Shown: one piece after another, positions 62,351 to 64,000 of the stretch
Layout: each line of letters opens with the position of its first letter
Position numbering within the stretch: position 1 is the first letter of the stretch
Source: Takakia lepidozioides
Taxonomy: Eukaryota > Plantae > Bryophyta
Direction: 5' to 3'
Length of the DNA: 64,000 nucleotides
Assembly: GCA_030704615.1 (NCBI GenBank)
Contig: CM060733.1
Span: 13,826,001 to 13,890,000 of the forward strand
Position numbers and translations under genes: made by a program
The notes under the pieces: generated by a model
The model's database searches: none
Seen by the model: the letters and a program-made list of their open reading frames with translations, nothing else
Told to the model about the DNA's origin: nothing

Positions 62351-64000
62351 TGCTCAACAATTTGGACCTTGCAAGTTCAGAGATCACACAGATGCAACAA
62401 TCCCTCTTCTTTCTGAATTCCCAAAAATAGAATCGGAGATTGTTGGCAACTTGCGTGCAGCGTTGCATGCACGACATCTCAAACCTCGCTCACTTTAGTG
62501 TAACAAAGCTATTTAAAAATTTGTTAGCACAAACAGTACAGGTTTAGGGGATGACGGGCGTTTTCTCACCGAGTCTCACTATCCTAGGTGCTTCATCGAT
62601 CGGATTAGATTAGGTCTGCTAGATGGGTCAAAAGGACAATTCCAAGCCTGGATCCTACAGTGCATACATCACAGTGACCCGAAAAAGAGAAACCGCAAAG
62701 CGTTTCGTGTTATCACCTAATTTCACTGGCATGCTTGAAGGCTTAAAGGCACCACGACAAGGAACTGTCCTTGGCGCATTGCCAAGGGCGATACCGCCTT
62801 CAGCTCTATAGCTCCGCCCCTCAATCTGCTGCATGGTGGCTGGCCTCTCGCATCACAGAGACGTTGCCTTGGGTATGGAGTCCACAAGCTCGCTCAGGAG
62901 AACACCGGAGCACGCTGCCATCCCCACCAGTGAGCGGAAACGCCAGTAATGGCGGAAGCTCAAATAGTAGCCAGGCTGTAAAGATCTCAAAAAAACAAAC
63001 TAAACATGTCTGCCTCCCTGACCGAATATTTCATGAAACATACCACTCCTCCTGAACCTGCTTCATCTACCGCAGATTGGGCACGTATGTTCTCGTCCCT
63101 GAGAAGAGGGTCGATGAGCTCTTCGCAATGGTGGCCGTAGCTTTCAAGAGGTTGCCGAACAGATGTGAATGTGACCGTATAGCTGCGATTTCCCCGACCT
63201 CAGATTTTAATGATGTCACTGGAATCGATTCCCACATCTGGCCCACATGCGGGAATCGATTCCCACGAGTGGCCGTGTGGGGCCCACTTGGCCACTCCGT
63301 GAGTATGTGAGCTCATCAAGACACTAGACGCAGATATCCATCTTTGTCGGCTCTTCACATAAAGGTCGGAGGTCCCGTACTGTCAAAGGCGGCGCTTAGT
63401 GAATACATGGCTTTCATGTATACATCCGTTCTTCTTGCCTGCATGATGGGGGGATCACTGGAAAATGTAAACTGCAAAAAGCAGTATTACAGTTTGTCCC
63501 GAAATTCTGAGTATCTGTGGGCAGTCTTCAATGGATATGTATCCCTGAGCAAGGCTCTTCAGATTCTCTAGTATCGTTGAAACTCACTTCAAGAAAATGT
63601 GTGAAAACTCTTTGCGGCAAACTCTTAACGAGTTTATACATAGTCATCTTCATATATAATGATGCAGGCATTGAAGGGGATGATGGGGAGGCAATCATAT
63701 CGTGTGTACATAGAGCCTGCAGTATGGCTTGAGTTTTGAGTATTCCATAAGAGTTCCATCGCTGTTGCAGCTGCTCAATTTCCTGTTTTGCTATTGCCTG
63801 CAAGGCCCTGTTGAGTTCTATGCGCGTCTCCGTCGTCTCACTCTCTCTCTCTCTCTCTCTCTCTTTCTGGAGCTTCTCAGATTATCCCGCTCGAGTGTCT
63901 CTGAGCTGGAGAATAAACTTGTTGGCAGCATCTAGATCTATTCTATTGTGTTTCCTCAGCTTTTGGGTCAGTGCCCGAGCGCATCGCTTCCGTCTTCAAT

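Larger units (their letters stand above)
57889..64000. repeat. segmental duplication, copy 2 (continues past the window end)
   Basis: Colinear with 16438-24611; the window ends at the AT of the predicted gene C' start codon. Confidence 0.97.

Overview
Eukaryotic nuclear DNA from a land plant. The PLS-DYW PPR style suggests a moss or other early-diverging lineage (inference only). Recognisable genes are an intronless GPAT4/6/8-type acyltransferase/phosphatase with two single-base frameshifts, an intact 20-motif PLS-E-DYW RNA-editing PPR plus a decayed paralogue, a two-exon triple-CCCH zinc-finger gene, a kinase-less intron-containing SnRK1-alpha pseudogene and a secreted GNA/bulb-type lectin. 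TE remnants include two Ty1/copia, one Ty3/gypsy, one CACTA-like element and tRNA-derived SINEs. The main discovery is a cluster of spliced genes that the ORF track shows only as fragments. They encode one or two WWE-like domains, a helical linker and a minimal PARP/ADP-ribosyltransferase-like domain, with no RST domain and a non-canonical catalytic triad. Genes A (15207-17968, -), B (19117-21003, -) and C (24610-27080, +) share intron positions. The cassette is duplicated about 40 kb downstream (57889-64000+), and the two B copies differ mostly in the ART-like exon. All domain calls come from manual motif reading and have not been confirmed by database search.
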